64,000 nucleotides of DNA from Symsagittifera roscoffensis (Eukaryota): positions 45,921,437 through 45,985,436 of the forward strand of contig NC_087064.1 of assembly GCF_963678635.1 (NCBI RefSeq). Direction: 5' to 3'. Positions 11,621-25,369 of this stretch are shown piece by piece. The notes under the pieces are model-generated. The model was not told the DNA's origin, ran no database searches, and was given only the letters and a program-made list of their open reading frames with translations. A program made the position numbers and the translations under genes. The stretch's first letter is position 1, and the number at the start of each line of letters is the position of its first letter.

Positions 11621-13559
11621 CAGGCAATGTGTTCAACGATGAAGTGCAAAAAGATCTGCTAGCGGAAAAGAATCTCCCGAACAAGCGTTATTTGTCAGTG
11701 TCTTCAGAATTTCTGTCAATTCCTCTGGAGTGCAAGCTCTGTAGATGTTTGTGCGATTGCTTTTGATAGAATTACTGATAATATCGTGCCACAACACCAC
11801 TTGACGTTTTTCTGCTAGAGATGCCCTGCATAGTGGGTTTGAGAGGTTTTTCTGCGAGTTCGTGGTGTTCGAGTTAAAGGAAAGTCACGGAATAGCCGAT
11901 ATTTTGGGCAGAAATTGTTCCTTCTCCGGGTTGCTAAGATATTCCAGGCTGTGGTAGAAGGAATTAGCCGCTACAATGTAGACCATTTCAATTCTAACAT
12001 TTTTTTAAAAAACCAAAAATCCAAAGGAAAAATTAAATTTACAATTCTTTGTAGGAGAGACTGTAATTGAGACTTGGCTCAACGCCGTAGAGTTTTAGAA
12101 TTTTACAACTAAATAAGTTGAGACCTACATCTAAATAAATTGTCTGACAGAGTTTTTGAAAAAATATAAATTGACTCAGTTTACTCTATTTTTGCAATTT
12201 CTTCGTGGTCTTGCAAAAAAAATTTAGCAATATAATCATGTTAACTATCTTTTGCTTAAAACTTAGACGATGCTTTGTGGTACATTCCTAAGTTTTAAAA
12301 GCAGAACTAAACAACTACAAAAAACAATTTGGTAAGCATTAAATTGAAAAAAATTGAAAAATGAAAAATATCTTTTACAATACCGCGTGAGTTTATTTCA
12401 GTTCAATTGAAAAACTCCCAGCCGATTGCAACTAAAACTCCTAATCTTTCTTATTCTCAATATTTCCCATCAAAAAGAATAAAAAATAATTACATTACTC
12501 TGAAATTTTTGCTGCAAAGCCGCGTGAATTTAACTCAATTCGATTGAAAAACTCCTAGCCGATAGCTTTCATAAAACTATTTTGGATTAACTGCAAAGTT
12601 ATCCGGATAAAAAACCAAACTGCTGTATTGTTTTTTGTGGCTCTCATTATCTTTTTCAATGGTCTATTATGTTTCAGCGCAATTGCTTTTGTTTTTTTTT
12701 GAAATTTGGTAATGAAATTTTGAATTTAGTTTTATAATGAAATAAATTAACGTGACTCTTTAGCACTTTTCTCTAATTTTCTTAATTTTTTTTATAAAAG
12801 TGTGCTTTCTTTGAAAAACTATATATACTTCGAAATAATTAACTTCAGTAAATAGCAAGGCTAGCCGGTAGTTATGCAAGTAAACTAAGCAATTCCGCAG
12901 AAAATTTGCGTCTACAAAAAAACTTGAAAACAGTTGTTTCTGTTAGGTAATGAGCGAATCTATACAAAAACCTAAGAAATAAGCATATTTTGAGGTTAAT
13001 GTAGAATATGCGTTTCTGATAACGTTTTTTTCGAAATTTTTAACAAAAAAAAACAAATAAAAAAAAACAAAAAAAAAAACAAAAAAAACTTCAATAACTC
13101 ATAATATTGGAGAAAAATGCAGTTTTTTTATTTTTTTTGCGTATTACATTTTCGGATTAAGAAGATACGACGATATGTGCCCATACTAACAGAGTCTTCT
13201 CGCGGTGTAATGTTTCAGCTGAAACGATCTAAACGCCTGAAAGCTGAACAAAATTTCTTCTATCAAAATTGCATACTGGTCAATACTTTAAAGATAGACG
13301 TGAGGGTTTATTGTGGTCTCAAACAGCTACTACTGAGGAAATTCTGGTTGAAATTTGGAGAATTTAATGAAAATGACAAGTGCACGTGGAAAATTGGGTG
13401 CGATTGTGCGGCGAACAACTGCCAGGACCCCACGTGGAAACACAGAAGCCATCCCACTACTACTACTACTAATTTTTACGGACGTAGTTGTGCATAGTTC
13501 TGATAACTTTTCAAACCATGCATCGAATCGCTGCGCTAATTCTACCTAGGAGATGGCTA

Positions 13560-13918
13560 CGCACACTTCTTACAAGAACTGATGTATGGCGACCTCTGTT
13601 AAAATATTTGAATTACTTCAAAAAAAGGTAAGAATGGCATTTGTCGAGCTTTTTTTTATTGATAAATGCTTGAATAATGATATAATTCCCCATTTTCTTG
13701 AGTTCCGTGTTCCCAAAACTGATTTTTTCTCTGAGCAAGCCGTTCTAAATTTTAAGAAAAGACTACTGAGAGATGAGATGAGAAAGTCGAAAGCTAATTT
13801 GGTTCAGCTACTGTAAAAGTTGTTGATGAAAGTAGTATCGTTTTATCCAAAAAAGTGATAAAAAGTGGCTGCCATCGGTAGTTTTCAATTTACGTCAAAA
13901 TGTCAGCACAATCATTGT
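13560..13918 (+). pseudogene. PLE-1 N-terminal-domain fragment, cut by the tandem-duplication junction. The intact continuation is at 21,570 onwards.
   Basis: ORF 13586-13816: MATSVKIFELLQKKVRMAFVELFFIDKCLNNDIIPHFLEFRVPKTDFFSEQAVLNFKKRLLRDE. This motif block is shared with the PLE-2 N-terminus. Confidence 0.55.
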
Positions 13919-16900
13919 AACAAACAAAAAGCTCTGTAAGTGTTTGTGCGATGGATGTTGATAGAATTACTAATAATGTCGTGCCACACCACCTTTTGAC
14001 GTTTTTCCACTCCTGCAGAGTATGTTTGAGAGGTTTTTCTGCGAGTTCGTGGTATTCGAGTTTAAGGAAAGTCCCGGATTAGCCAATTTTTTGGGAAAAA
14101 AGTGTTCGTTTTTTGGGTTGCTAAGTTGTTCCAGGCGCTACAATGTACACCATTTCAATTCTAACAGGCTATTCTAACAAATCATAATTCTAACCAGGGC
14201 TCCATACAAGAATAGAGAGATCAAAAAATCTTACAGTTCACACAGACTTTTTTGAAACGTGGACAACAACGCGGCAACAACGTGGACGGCTTTATCCTAG
14301 CTCAACATTCAAGAAAAAATAGAAAACGAAGTACGGTCTCTGATTGACCAGGGACACATGACTCGCTGAAAAAATGAAGTGACCAGCAGTTTTTTAGTCA
14401 CATTGTAATAACTGTAAAAAACTATCCAACATTGAAATTGGCAATGAATTCAAAACAAGTAAGCAAATCGTTCTATGAAAACAAGCATCGAATGCCTAAC
14501 ATTGACGTTTTGCTTGACAAAATTGAACACTTGCCCATGAAGTTTGAAACAAACCAAATACAACATACTTTTTCAACAATAGACGTATGCTACGAACACA
14601 GACAACTGACAATAGACAATGACAGCCGGCTGCCATCAGACACAAAAACACATACGCATTGTAATTTTAGTTTTATCAGTGGTAGAGCTACAAAAAACTT
14701 TCAGTTCCAAACGGGACCCTACGGGCTTACAGATATGTGCGCATAATTGTAAAAAACGAATACAGCACAATCCCTATGCAAAAGATAACATAGGAAAATT
14801 ACAAAACCCTACAGCCTTCAAATGGCTCAAAAGCTTCATTGGCTCCATTCATCATTTAAATAATTCCTACCAAACTTAGCCCAATAGTGTAGGGCCATTT
14901 TTACCTACAACAAATTAATTCCACTGTGGATGAAACGCTGATCGCAAAAAAGCATTTAAAAAAACATTACATGCAGTACAAAACATCACCGAAAGCAGAA
15001 TTTTTGTAAATGATAGGGAGACGCGTATTGTATGCAACGCAAGTCGAGAAGGAAGAGAGGCGACTCTCGAACAAATTACACTGCACGGCTGGGCAACAAT
15101 TGCATATGCGTCGCGCTTCCTAATCTCTTATGAACACAAACATTCAATCAACGAAGTGGAACTCTTGGCAGCAGTCTGACAGATTTTTCACACTAAATAC
15201 AGACCACTAAGCAATAGTAAATGCTTTAGAAAGTAACAGGGGAAACAAAACCTATCAAAACCGTTGAATCAGGTGGATCGACAGACGTTTTTTGTTCAAT
15301 TTTGATATAAAAACAGCTAGGAGGCAGTAAAAAGGGTATCTTTTACGACTACGAGAGGAAAACTTCTCCCCAGCAAACTGGGAAGAACATTTTGTCATTA
15401 CATTAATCCCCGACTTCGTCAATTGTTTAGAATTTGAAAATAGCAGTGCTGCAAATATTTTATTGAACAATTCTCTAACCGGATATTTCGGCACGAAGAA
15501 GTCAACCTGAACGAAATATTTAAACCTTCACATTCGATTCAAATGCAAACAGCATTCACCGTTAAAATTCAATCTTTACACACTAGACGCTCAATAGCCT
15601 TGCAACATTCCGTTCCAAGTTCTTTTGAAATTCTAAAAAAGCGATAAAATGCACAGACCTTTTATACAATGATTGCCATTAACACCGTTCAAAAGAGTCA
15701 CATAAAAATGCCACAAAGGCAGTCAAGCACAATTATCAATCGCACAAACCAATTACGCCTCTTTATTGAGTCTCTTGCCAAATAACCTCCGCCCAAACTA
15801 ACAATCAGCGAAGTCAAACACCAAGCGATCCCTGCGGTCGGAACCTTCACCTTCTGAAGAGTCCAGAATGAGAAAGCGGACGCGACTTGCCAAAGATTAG
15901 AGGAGGGGAGCGCTGTAGGAAGAAGACATTCCACTCTTCTGGAAAACTTGTGAAGAGTAATAGACATAGACTTCATTACAGCGGCCACAAAAAAGCTGGA
16001 GTTTTGTCTCCAATCGTCAACATGGTCAAGCAGCAGAAATGGGACAACCAAGGATTGTTATAGAACCTACTTTTACAACGTGCGGCACCGCCTGTCGTTT
16101 AGGGACAACATCTTACTTAACGACTATAGGGTCGTGATACCGAGGGCTATACTAGTGGATGCAATGCATTCAACCCACCTGGGAAAAAATTGATGGCAGC
16201 CAAACACGTGTGGTAGCCATTCTTACACCGCGACGTAGTCTCCACCACTTAAAACTGTAAAAACTATCGAGACAAGGGTAAGGACTTTGAAGTGATATCA
16301 GACAAGCAACACTATACCACGCTTGGCATGTTGGTAGAACCTAACAAAGAATACCAATTGGATTTCGCGGGAACTATCCGAAACAAGGAAAAGGATTTAT
16401 AGTGGTTGTAGAATAATTCTCCTGTTTCCATTCGGTCAAGGTGCTTACAAATAATAATGCGGATACAATCATCTGATTTGTGCAAAATCACCTTATCAAT
16501 CATCGTGTGAACAGGCACAAAACATACGGTGCGACCAGGCACAAAACTATAGGGCCAAAAAATGTGTTTTTCACTGTAAAATTAACAAGAACAAAACTAA
16601 TATATATACCATTAGATGACCATAAGTCAATGGGTTTGTTGGAAAGGCTTATTAGAACTGTGAAACCAAGATTATAGGTAATAAGAATCGACAAAACAAA
16701 CAGGTCGTATAAACTTGCGTCGGAAGTGGCAGAGCTGATTTAAACACTTCAAATTACGCGACCACTAAGATTACGCCATTTGAAGCCCAAAATGTCAGAA
16801 AACACACCACTGAGTAACATCAGCGCCTCACCAAAACTTTCAAACCTTTAATGCTAAAACAAGAAACTTTCATATTTACATTCAAAAATAACTAATAAAG

Positions 16901-19900
16901 CCGGCATTACCAGCGGAGGCCAGGCGGGACCGAGAGAAAAACAGCGAGGACGTTCTAGTCCTGATGTACAGAGATACATATGCGCCAGAACCCAGAGAGC
17001 ATACATACCTACCAGAGCCAACATATAACCCACCCAATGAGAAGACTGCCACAACGACTATGGAGGACACAGTTGAAAACAGTCACAAAATAAATGCGAC
17101 AACGAAACCTGGGAAAAAAGAATTCAAAGGACCAATCAAAACGTGGATGCGCACCTTAAAAAATTTCCGGTGGGTGCGTAGCTTTCATTTTCTAACCAGC
17201 CTTATGACCTGAAAAATTTTAAGCACGCCTTCTCAAGTGAAAATATATTAAACGACAAAGGACCTAGAAAAGCCAAAAGGGCGCAAACCAATAAAACACT
17301 CACAGAACAAGAAAAGCAAAACCTCGAAATAGCACCACTAGTTTTCCTACAGGACCGCTTCAAAGGTCCAGCGCACACGATTGACCCAAAAACGGGACAT
17401 TGAATAGCCAGGAAAACGAGACCAGTTCCACGAAAAACGAAAAATCAAGGCACATTTGAAACTCAAATTAAAATATCCAAACGGGTCAAAATTAACTACT
17501 CAACACACCGCGTGGATCAGGGCAGACGGCAAACAACCGCGAGTAATTAGACACGATGGTCTTGCATTCATACGAGACGCAAGCGTCTACGGAAAATGAA
17601 GACCTGTGACGCTGATGGATTTTGTAGTTTATAAACATCAACCAAGAGCCAAATCTCATGTCTTAGGAGAGCGCAAACTTGCTGACAGGTGACCCTCCAA
17701 ACAGACCGCCACAACCACCAGTCCTGTGCGACCACCCCCAAAATCTATCTGAGAAGTCATTCAGCAATCGATTAACCGCAGGGCATTGGATCCACAAAAG
17801 TTGTTCGAATCTTTTGTATCGAAGACAAAACGGCCCCAAAAAAACCCAAGGACGACGAATCACAAATAAAACAACAACAAACCATACTACGAGGAAAAAT
17901 GAGCCCCAAGAAGCAATCCAGAGTACTCATCAGTCAAATTGAGTTCCTTATCTTCAGATTCTGAAAAGAAAAGAAAAACGCCATCTCCACAGAAACCGGC
18001 CGCAAAGAGATTAGACATAAAGCACCCCAGAACAAAACTCACCAGAATCTAGACGTTCTCCTAGGACTAGAAAAAGCGCACTCACTATAAAACTAGAAAA
18101 TCTCAATCCGATTAGCCAAATGTCGGAATCGAAAACGTCCGCAATAGTTGTATGCAGCATCGAGGAAACCGACACGCATAACAACATGCCCAACGAGACC
18201 AACAAAAACCAAGACACCCAAACAACTGATACGAAGAAGAACACAAAAGGACAAATCCTTTCGGATGGAATCACGTGTACAAAAAAAACAAGTGGATACT
18301 TCCAAGTCAGAAAATACAAGATCCAAAGAACCAAATACGCCGCATTTACACTCTCTCACCACAAAGACAAACAAATTCTTTATACATTCTCGACAGACCG
18401 AAAACGACAAAAAAATCCATTTAGCAAAAATTTTGAAACAGAAATGAATATTCTGCCTTCTATCTCCCCGGTCCGGGGTAACTCGATGACGTTCCAAAGA
18501 GAACGTGAAACTCATATAGGACAATAACGTATCCAGAAAAAGAACCACAACAAACAAAAAACATCAATAGAGCCCCAATTAACGTGGACAAAACGTCAGA
18601 CGCTAAAAAATATAACGACACGACGAAGAAAAGAGAGCAAAATTGATAGACTCAATTGTTCAAAAAGAGGGAAACCTTGTCCATCCCGATTTTACAGAAA
18701 TACAACTAATGATTATGAACCATACTAAAACACCAATTGGTAACTCTACTTTATTTATAGGTTTTATTGATTAGCGTATAGAAGTATGATGGTTAAATAA
18801 GTATAGACAAAAGTACTAGTTCTTGTAAGAGACTGTCTCTCAAATGAGTCGAGATCAGTGTCACCCAGACTTAAGCAGATAAGTGAGTTTAAATTGCTAT
18901 TTAACCTGTTTTATTCAATCAAAGTTAGATGTTGCCAACGTAACTATGGCTTACCCTCACCTAACTGATGAGAGTATAACATGGCGCAGCCAGCAGTTTT
19001 GAAAAACACTCTCGAAAATACTCCACTGCGGCAAAAAGCCTCGGTAGAAACATTAACTGTGGGGGATATTTGCAATCAGCTGTTATTTCTGGTAATCATA
19101 GCCAAAGATGGTAGTAATCTGCAGAAATTTCATGGACCAGCAACACCAACACAAAAATCTCAGCAACCAGGTAACAAACTACCATTCAACGGGGAACCAA
19201 AACACAAGTTAGAGGTTGAGACCTGGGAAATTAGGAAAAAAGAATACAAGGGGAGAATCAATGTCAACTTCTGGACAATCTAGGACCAACTGTAGACGAT
19301 TTACCGTGGGAACAAGCGGACATGAAAAATCGCAGCTATTTTTATTTGTGTCTAGGGACAGAGGCCAAAGGCGGCAAAAAAAACCTCACTCGAACCTGAA
19401 GATACAAAATCTAACAACTAGATTTCTATGTACAGACTAGAAACAATGTCTTTAAAAAACCGAAAAAAGTATCATTTGACAGATATGAAGCGTTCACGCG
19501 CAAGCAGGGAAAAACGGAAACATTGGAGCAGATCCCCTGCGGCTTAACAGAACTCGTAGTAATAGGAAACTTCAAATGCACAACTTGTAGCGACGGAGGA
19601 CGTGAGGCAGAAATTGACAGAGACCTATTCACAGGCAATGTGTTCAACGATGAAGTGCAAAAAGATCTGCTAGCGGAAAAGAATCTCCCGAACAAGCGTT
19701 ATTTGTCAGTGTCTTCAGAATTTCTGTCAATTCCTCTGGAGTGCAAGCTCTGTAGATGTTTGTGCGATTGCTTTTGATAGAATTACTGATAATATCGTGC
19801 CACAACACCACTTGACGTTTTTCTGCTAGAGATGCCCTGCATAGTGGGTTTGAGAGGTTTTTCTGCGAGTTCGTGGTGTTCGAGTTAAAGGAAAGTCACG

Positions 19901-21947
19901 GAATAGCCGATATTTTGGGCAGAAATTGTTCCTTCTCCGGGTTGCTAAGATATTCCAGGCTGTGGTAGAAGGAATTAGCCGCTACAATGTAGACCATTTC
20001 AATTCTAACATTTTTTTAAAAAACCAAAAATCCAAAGGAAAAATTAAATTTACAATTCTTTGTAGGAGAGACTGTAATTGAGACTTGGCTCAACGCCGTA
20101 GAGTTTTAGAATTTTACAACTAAATAAGTTGAGACCTACATCTAAATAAATTGTCTGACAGAGTTTTTGAAAAAATATAAATTGACTCAGTTTACTCTAT
20201 TTTTGCAATTTCTTCGTGGTCTTGCAAAAAAAATTTAGCAATATAATCATGTTAACTATCTTTTGCTTAAAACTTAGACGATGCTTTGTGGTACATTCCT
20301 AAGTTTTAAAAGCAGAACTAAACAACTACAAAAAACAATTTGGTAAGCATTAAATTGAAAAAAATTGAAAAATGAAAAATATCTTTTACAATACCGCGTG
20401 AGTTTATTTCAGTTCAATTGAAAAACTCCCAGCCGATTGCAACTAAAACTCCTAATCTTTCTTATTCTCAATATTTCCCATCAAAAAGAATAAAAAATAA
20501 TTACATTACTCTGAAATTTTTGCTGCAAAGCCGCGTGAATTTAACTCAATTCGATTGAAAAACTCCTAGCCGATAGCTTTCATAAAACTATTTTGGATTA
20601 ACTGCAAAGTTATCCGGATAAAAAACCAAACTGCTGTATTGTTTTTTGTGGCTCTCATTATCTTTTTCAATGGTCTATTATGTTTCAGCGCAATTGCTTT
20701 TGTTTTTTTTTGAAATTTGGTAATGAAATTTTGAATTTAGTTTTATAATGAAATAAATTAACGTGACTCTTTAGCACTTTTCTCTAATTTTCTTAATTTT
20801 TTTTATAAAAGTGTGCTTTCTTTGAAAAACTATATATACTTCGAAATAATTAACTTCAGTAAATAGCAAGGCTAGCCGGTAGTTATGCAAGTAAACTAAG
20901 CAATTCCGCAGAAAATTTGCGTCTACAAAAAAACTTGAAAACAGTTGTTTCTGTTAGGTAATGAGCGAATCTATACAAAAACCTAAGAAATAAGCATATT
21001 TTGAGGTTAATGTAGAATATGCGTTTCTGATAACGTTTTTTTCGAAATTTTTAACAAAAAAAAAAACAAATAAAAAAAAACAAAAAAAAAAACAAAAAAA
21101 ACTTCAATAACTCATAATATTGGAGAAAAATGCAGTTTTTTTATTTTTTTTGCGTATTACATTTTCGGATTAAGAAGATACGACGATATGTGCCCATACT
21201 AACAGAGTCTTCTCGCGGTGTAATGTTTCAGCTGAAACGATCTAAACGCCTGAAAGCTGAACAAAATTTCTTCTATCAAAATTGCATACTGGTCAATACT
21301 TTAAAGATAGACGTGAGGGTTTATTGTGGTCTCAAACAGCTACTACTGAGGAAATTCTGGTTGAAATTTGGAGAATTTAATGAAAATGACAAGTGCACGT
21401 GGAAAATTGGGTGCGATTGTGCGGCGAACAACTGCCAGGACCCCACGTGGAAACACAGAAGCCATCCCACTACTACTACTACTAATTTTTACGGACGTAG
21501 TTGTGCATAGTTCTGATAACTTTTCAAACCATGCATCGAATCGCTGCGCTAATTCTACCTAGGAGATGGCTACGCACACTTCTTACAAGAACTGATGTAT
21601 GGCGACCTCTGTTAAAATATTTGAATTACTTCAAAAAAAGGTAAGAATGGCATTTGTCGAGCTTTTTTTTATTGATAAATGCTTGAATAATGATATAATT
21701 CCCCATTTTCTTGAGTTCCGTGTTCCCAAAACTGATTTTTTCTCTGAGCAAGCCGTTCTAAATTTTAAGAAAAGACTACTGAGAGATGAGATGAGAAAGT
21801 CGAAAGCTAATTTGGTTCAGCTACTGTAAAAGTTGTTGATGAAAGTAGTATCGTTTTATCCAAAAAAGTGATAAAAAGTGGCTGCCATCGGTAGTTTTCA
21901 ATTTACGTCAAAATGTCAGCACAATCATTGTAACAAACAAAAAAATG
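13919..21947 (+). repeat. 8,011-bp tandem duplication, copy 2. It runs straight on into PLE-1 copy c.
   Basis: As above. The junction aacaaacaaaaa|gctctgtaagtg at 13,918 corresponds to aacaaacaaaaaaatgaacgctgaattgc at 21,947. There the sequence continues into the P unit instead. Confidence 0.9.
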
Positions 21948-24010
21948 AACGCTGAATTGCTAAAATTGTCAAATTTCTAGGGAAAAATTCGTTAAAAAAG
22001 TTGGATGATATTAAATTGCCAATTTTTGACGAAGAATTTCTTTCGTATGTCCCAAAACATGCGATTAAGGATATGCTTAATCAAATTCATTTCCTAGCCG
22101 ATATTGACAAATTAGTTAGAAACCTGCGTGAGAATGGAATAGAGGAGGAAAAACTCTGTGGAATAGTAGCCTCCTAAAATTTGTACGCAAGGAACAACAG
22201 AGAAACACCAACTGATCGTGCACTTCTAAGAATGGTGAAATGTTTGAACGAAAATGATTTTTTTAGGTACCTTATGATAAAGGCAAGGGTATTTGTGTTA
22301 TGAAAAGGAAAACTTAAGACAAAAAACTACAAGAAATATTGAATAGTCAACAGTTTACAGAAATCGAAACTGGCACTGATATTTTGATTGTGAAAGTAAA
22401 AGAAGATATTAATAACACACTACTCGAATTGGAAAAAAACGCAGAACTAACTTAAAAATAAGTGATAAAGTTTACTCAAAACTCAGAACTAACGGAGCTC
22501 AGCCTGCTGAGTAATACGGTTTGGGTAGAGTAAGTAAAAAAGAAATACCACTCCGTCCGGTTCTATCAATTTTTGGTAGTAGTTCTCTAAACTGAAGAGC
22601 TTTTTGACCCTCCTTTTTGAAAAAAAACTTTCTGGCGCAAACATCGAAACATCTACGTTAGACGCTCGAGAAAAACTCGAAAAATTAATACTCGACGAAA
22701 ATGAACAAACTGTTTCACTAGACGTTAAGAGTCCCGTATTGGAAGCAATTGAGATTGCATTACGTAAATTGTATAGAACTGATTACGCACCAGATTTTAA
22801 AGTGCTGCTTAAGTTAGCAGTGACAAAAGTTTATTTCAAAAGCAATGGAAAAGGGTATTGCCAGAAGGATGGGTTAGCCATGGGTGCATCACTGGCAGTA
22901 ATTTCGGCTAATTTATGGATGCAATTGTACGAACAAAGAATGAACGATAAAAACGATGGCATAAAGCAAATAACATAAATAAACTCAAAAAAGTCCAAGA
23001 GGCAGCAAAAATTTTGTATGAAACAGCAAAGGTGTTGAACAGTGAAAAATGTGAAAAATGGTTTCATGCTAATTGTCAAAACATCAGTAAAGACGAATAC
23101 CAAAAAATGGGTGATATATATTGGTACTGGGAATTCTGTCGTAATTTACCAGACATTTCAACTTGTGTTAAGGAAAGAAAACCGTTCGAAAGATACAAAG
23201 ACGACAAAATTTGTGCAGTCAAAGGGGACTCAAACACGTAAATTAATAGGGTGAACTGGTTGCATTAGAACTTACCTTTTACTATAAAAAAGCCAACGAA
23301 AAAGAAGAACTTGCTTTTTTGGACATGAATATTGTTCAAAGGAAGATCACCAGCAAATGGTATCAAAAAACAACTGATACTGAAACTACTTTGAACTTTC
23401 ATAGCTGCGAACCCCTCCAGTACAAAAAGAACCTTACGGAAGGAAAATAACATAGGTTGTTTCGATATACCATTAACTGGAAGAAATTTTACAAAGCGTT
23501 AAAAACCAACGAGGAAATTGAGAAGAAAAATAAGTACCCAGAAGCCTGGACATCAAAAAAATAAAAACTACATTGAAAAGAAATCACAAACGAAAAATCA
23601 TAAACTTCACAGAAAGCAAAAACAGAAAGCAGTCGCGAGAAAATTGACAAAATGATGTTTTTTCTACAGCATCGAGGAAACTTAAGTTTGAAATCGACAG
23701 AAAAATTTCAAAGATCAAACCCGGTATTGATCATTTTCACGACGCGCAAAAAAATTGCCCGCCGTCGCTTAAGTCAACTTTTGATTGCAACCTGAAGTCT
23801 CATGTGGTTTATGAAACAAAATGTAATGAACATAGTTCAACTTATGTTGGGCAAACATGCCGAAATCTAACCATACGCATAACAGAGCATCAAAAGAATG
23901 ATTCGCCAGAAAGACAGCATGTCGCAGAATGCTGTGGACAATCTAAGGCTTTTGAATGGAGATTAATTGACAAAGGCAATGATGTTGAAAAATTACTAAC
24001 CTTATAATAA
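21590..24010 (+). mobile_element. Penelope-like element PLE-1, copy c. This is the most complete copy: N-terminal domain, RT, zinc-finger linker and GIY-YIG. It is degraded by stops and frameshifts.
   Basis: 21,599-21,829 is the N-terminal motif ORF. 21,975-22,140 reads FVKKLDDIKLPIFDEEFLSYVPKHAIKDMLNQIHFLADIDKLVRNLRENGIEEEKLCGIVAS. 22,508-22,594 reads YGLGRVSKKEIPLRPVLSIFGSSSLN. ORF 22,604-22,978 has SLDVKS and motif B. 23,014-23,241 has CEKWFHANC...YWYWEFC. 23,804-24,007 is the GIY-YIG. Confidence 0.7.
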
Positions 24011-25162
24011 GATATGTAAACGCAAGCCATGTGAACATTAGGCATTTTAGCTCGATTCAAATTTTATTGTTTCGAATTAAAACATACAGATTGACTTAAC
24101 TAAATAATTCAATCCTAGAAATAACTTTAAAAAGGTGATAAAATTGCGAAAAAATTCGTCAATGACAAACTATATCCAAAAACGAATTTCCGAAAAAACG
24201 TTTTAATGATTATGTGATACTCTTAGATACTCATAAGCTTTAATCTCAATCAATTTGATTTAAAAAAGTTTTTTAACTGTAAATACTTTGAATTTCAGTC
24301 GTATAGACTTGATGATGCTAGTTATAATTAAAACTTTACTGACTTATGAATAAGAAAAACTTTATTTTCCAAAAAGCTTCAGTTGTTTCTGCGATGTTTG
24401 TCCATAGACTGCCATAGGAGGTTTTCACTGAAGATTGGTAGAAAAAATTCTTTAACTTTTTTTTCACAGTCAAATAAGTTAAACTGCTGTTGGTAAGGAT
24501 TGCATTTGTGCTTTCAATTTGATTCCATACAAAAACTAAAATTTTGAAAAAACAGTTTTCGATAAAATGAACGCTGAATCTTCGAAGGAAGAGTAATTTG
24601 ATGGCTCTCCTGTTCCCGTCACTTGTGAGGTTCTCGTAATTGATTCTCGTATTGCTGGTAGTAGATTGTCTTTGATTTTCTAGAGATGACATACTAATTA
24701 CCAATTACGAAACCTTGAAATTGGTAGTGCATAGTGCTTAAAACTCAGATCAGCTGATGCATCATTTTATTTCCGATACACAAGAGGGCTTAATTGTCCA
24801 GTTTAGTTGTTTCTCAAGTCATATTTTCAATTACTTTGTTATACCACTCAGAAGTATTGCTGGGTAACACAAATTGCATATGACTAAAGCATTCTTAAAT
24901 AGTATTTGTTTCAATTTGTTAGCGGTCAATGGAGGTAATGCTTTGATACCGCTGGCCATTTTTCCTAATATAAATTTAATTTCACCTTGAAATGTGAGGA
25001 ATTGATCAGCAGTTAACCCTAGATTCAGATGAAAAACCATTTTGTTCTCTTCCCGAAGCATTAACCCTGGCAGATGGACTTTTATTTGTATTCGTAAAAA
25101 AATGTCGTGCAAACCCTAAATTTAATATGGTGAGGTGAACACCCCACTGGCATATCCACAAA

Positions 25163-25285
25163 GTCATAATAATAATCATAATAATAATAATCATAAAAAT
25201 AATTATAACAATAATCATAATAATAAAAAAATTAAAATCACAAAAATAGTATTAATAATAATAATCACATTAATCATGATAAAAA
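25163..25285. repeat. AT-rich minisatellite, the same family as 2,596-2,790
   Basis: Direct reading. Confidence 0.8.
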
Positions 25286-25369
25286 TACTCATAGTAACCC
25301 TAATATTTACAAAAAGGAGTCAAAAAGTTTCCGTATATTTAGAAAATTTGTTTGATTAACTGTGGCTTA

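Larger units (their letters stand above)
5908..13918 (+). repeat. 8,011-bp tandem duplication, copy 1. It is a composite unit: gypsy-like pol remnant, 1.68-kb sub-repeat, AT-rich Z segment, then the PLE-1 5' end.
   Basis: Every ORF-track entry from 6421 to 13816 recurs exactly at +8,011 (14432 to 21829). I found only one substitution (9,335 t vs 17,346 c) and a 2-bp poly-A length difference near 13,040 vs 21,055. Confidence 0.9.
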
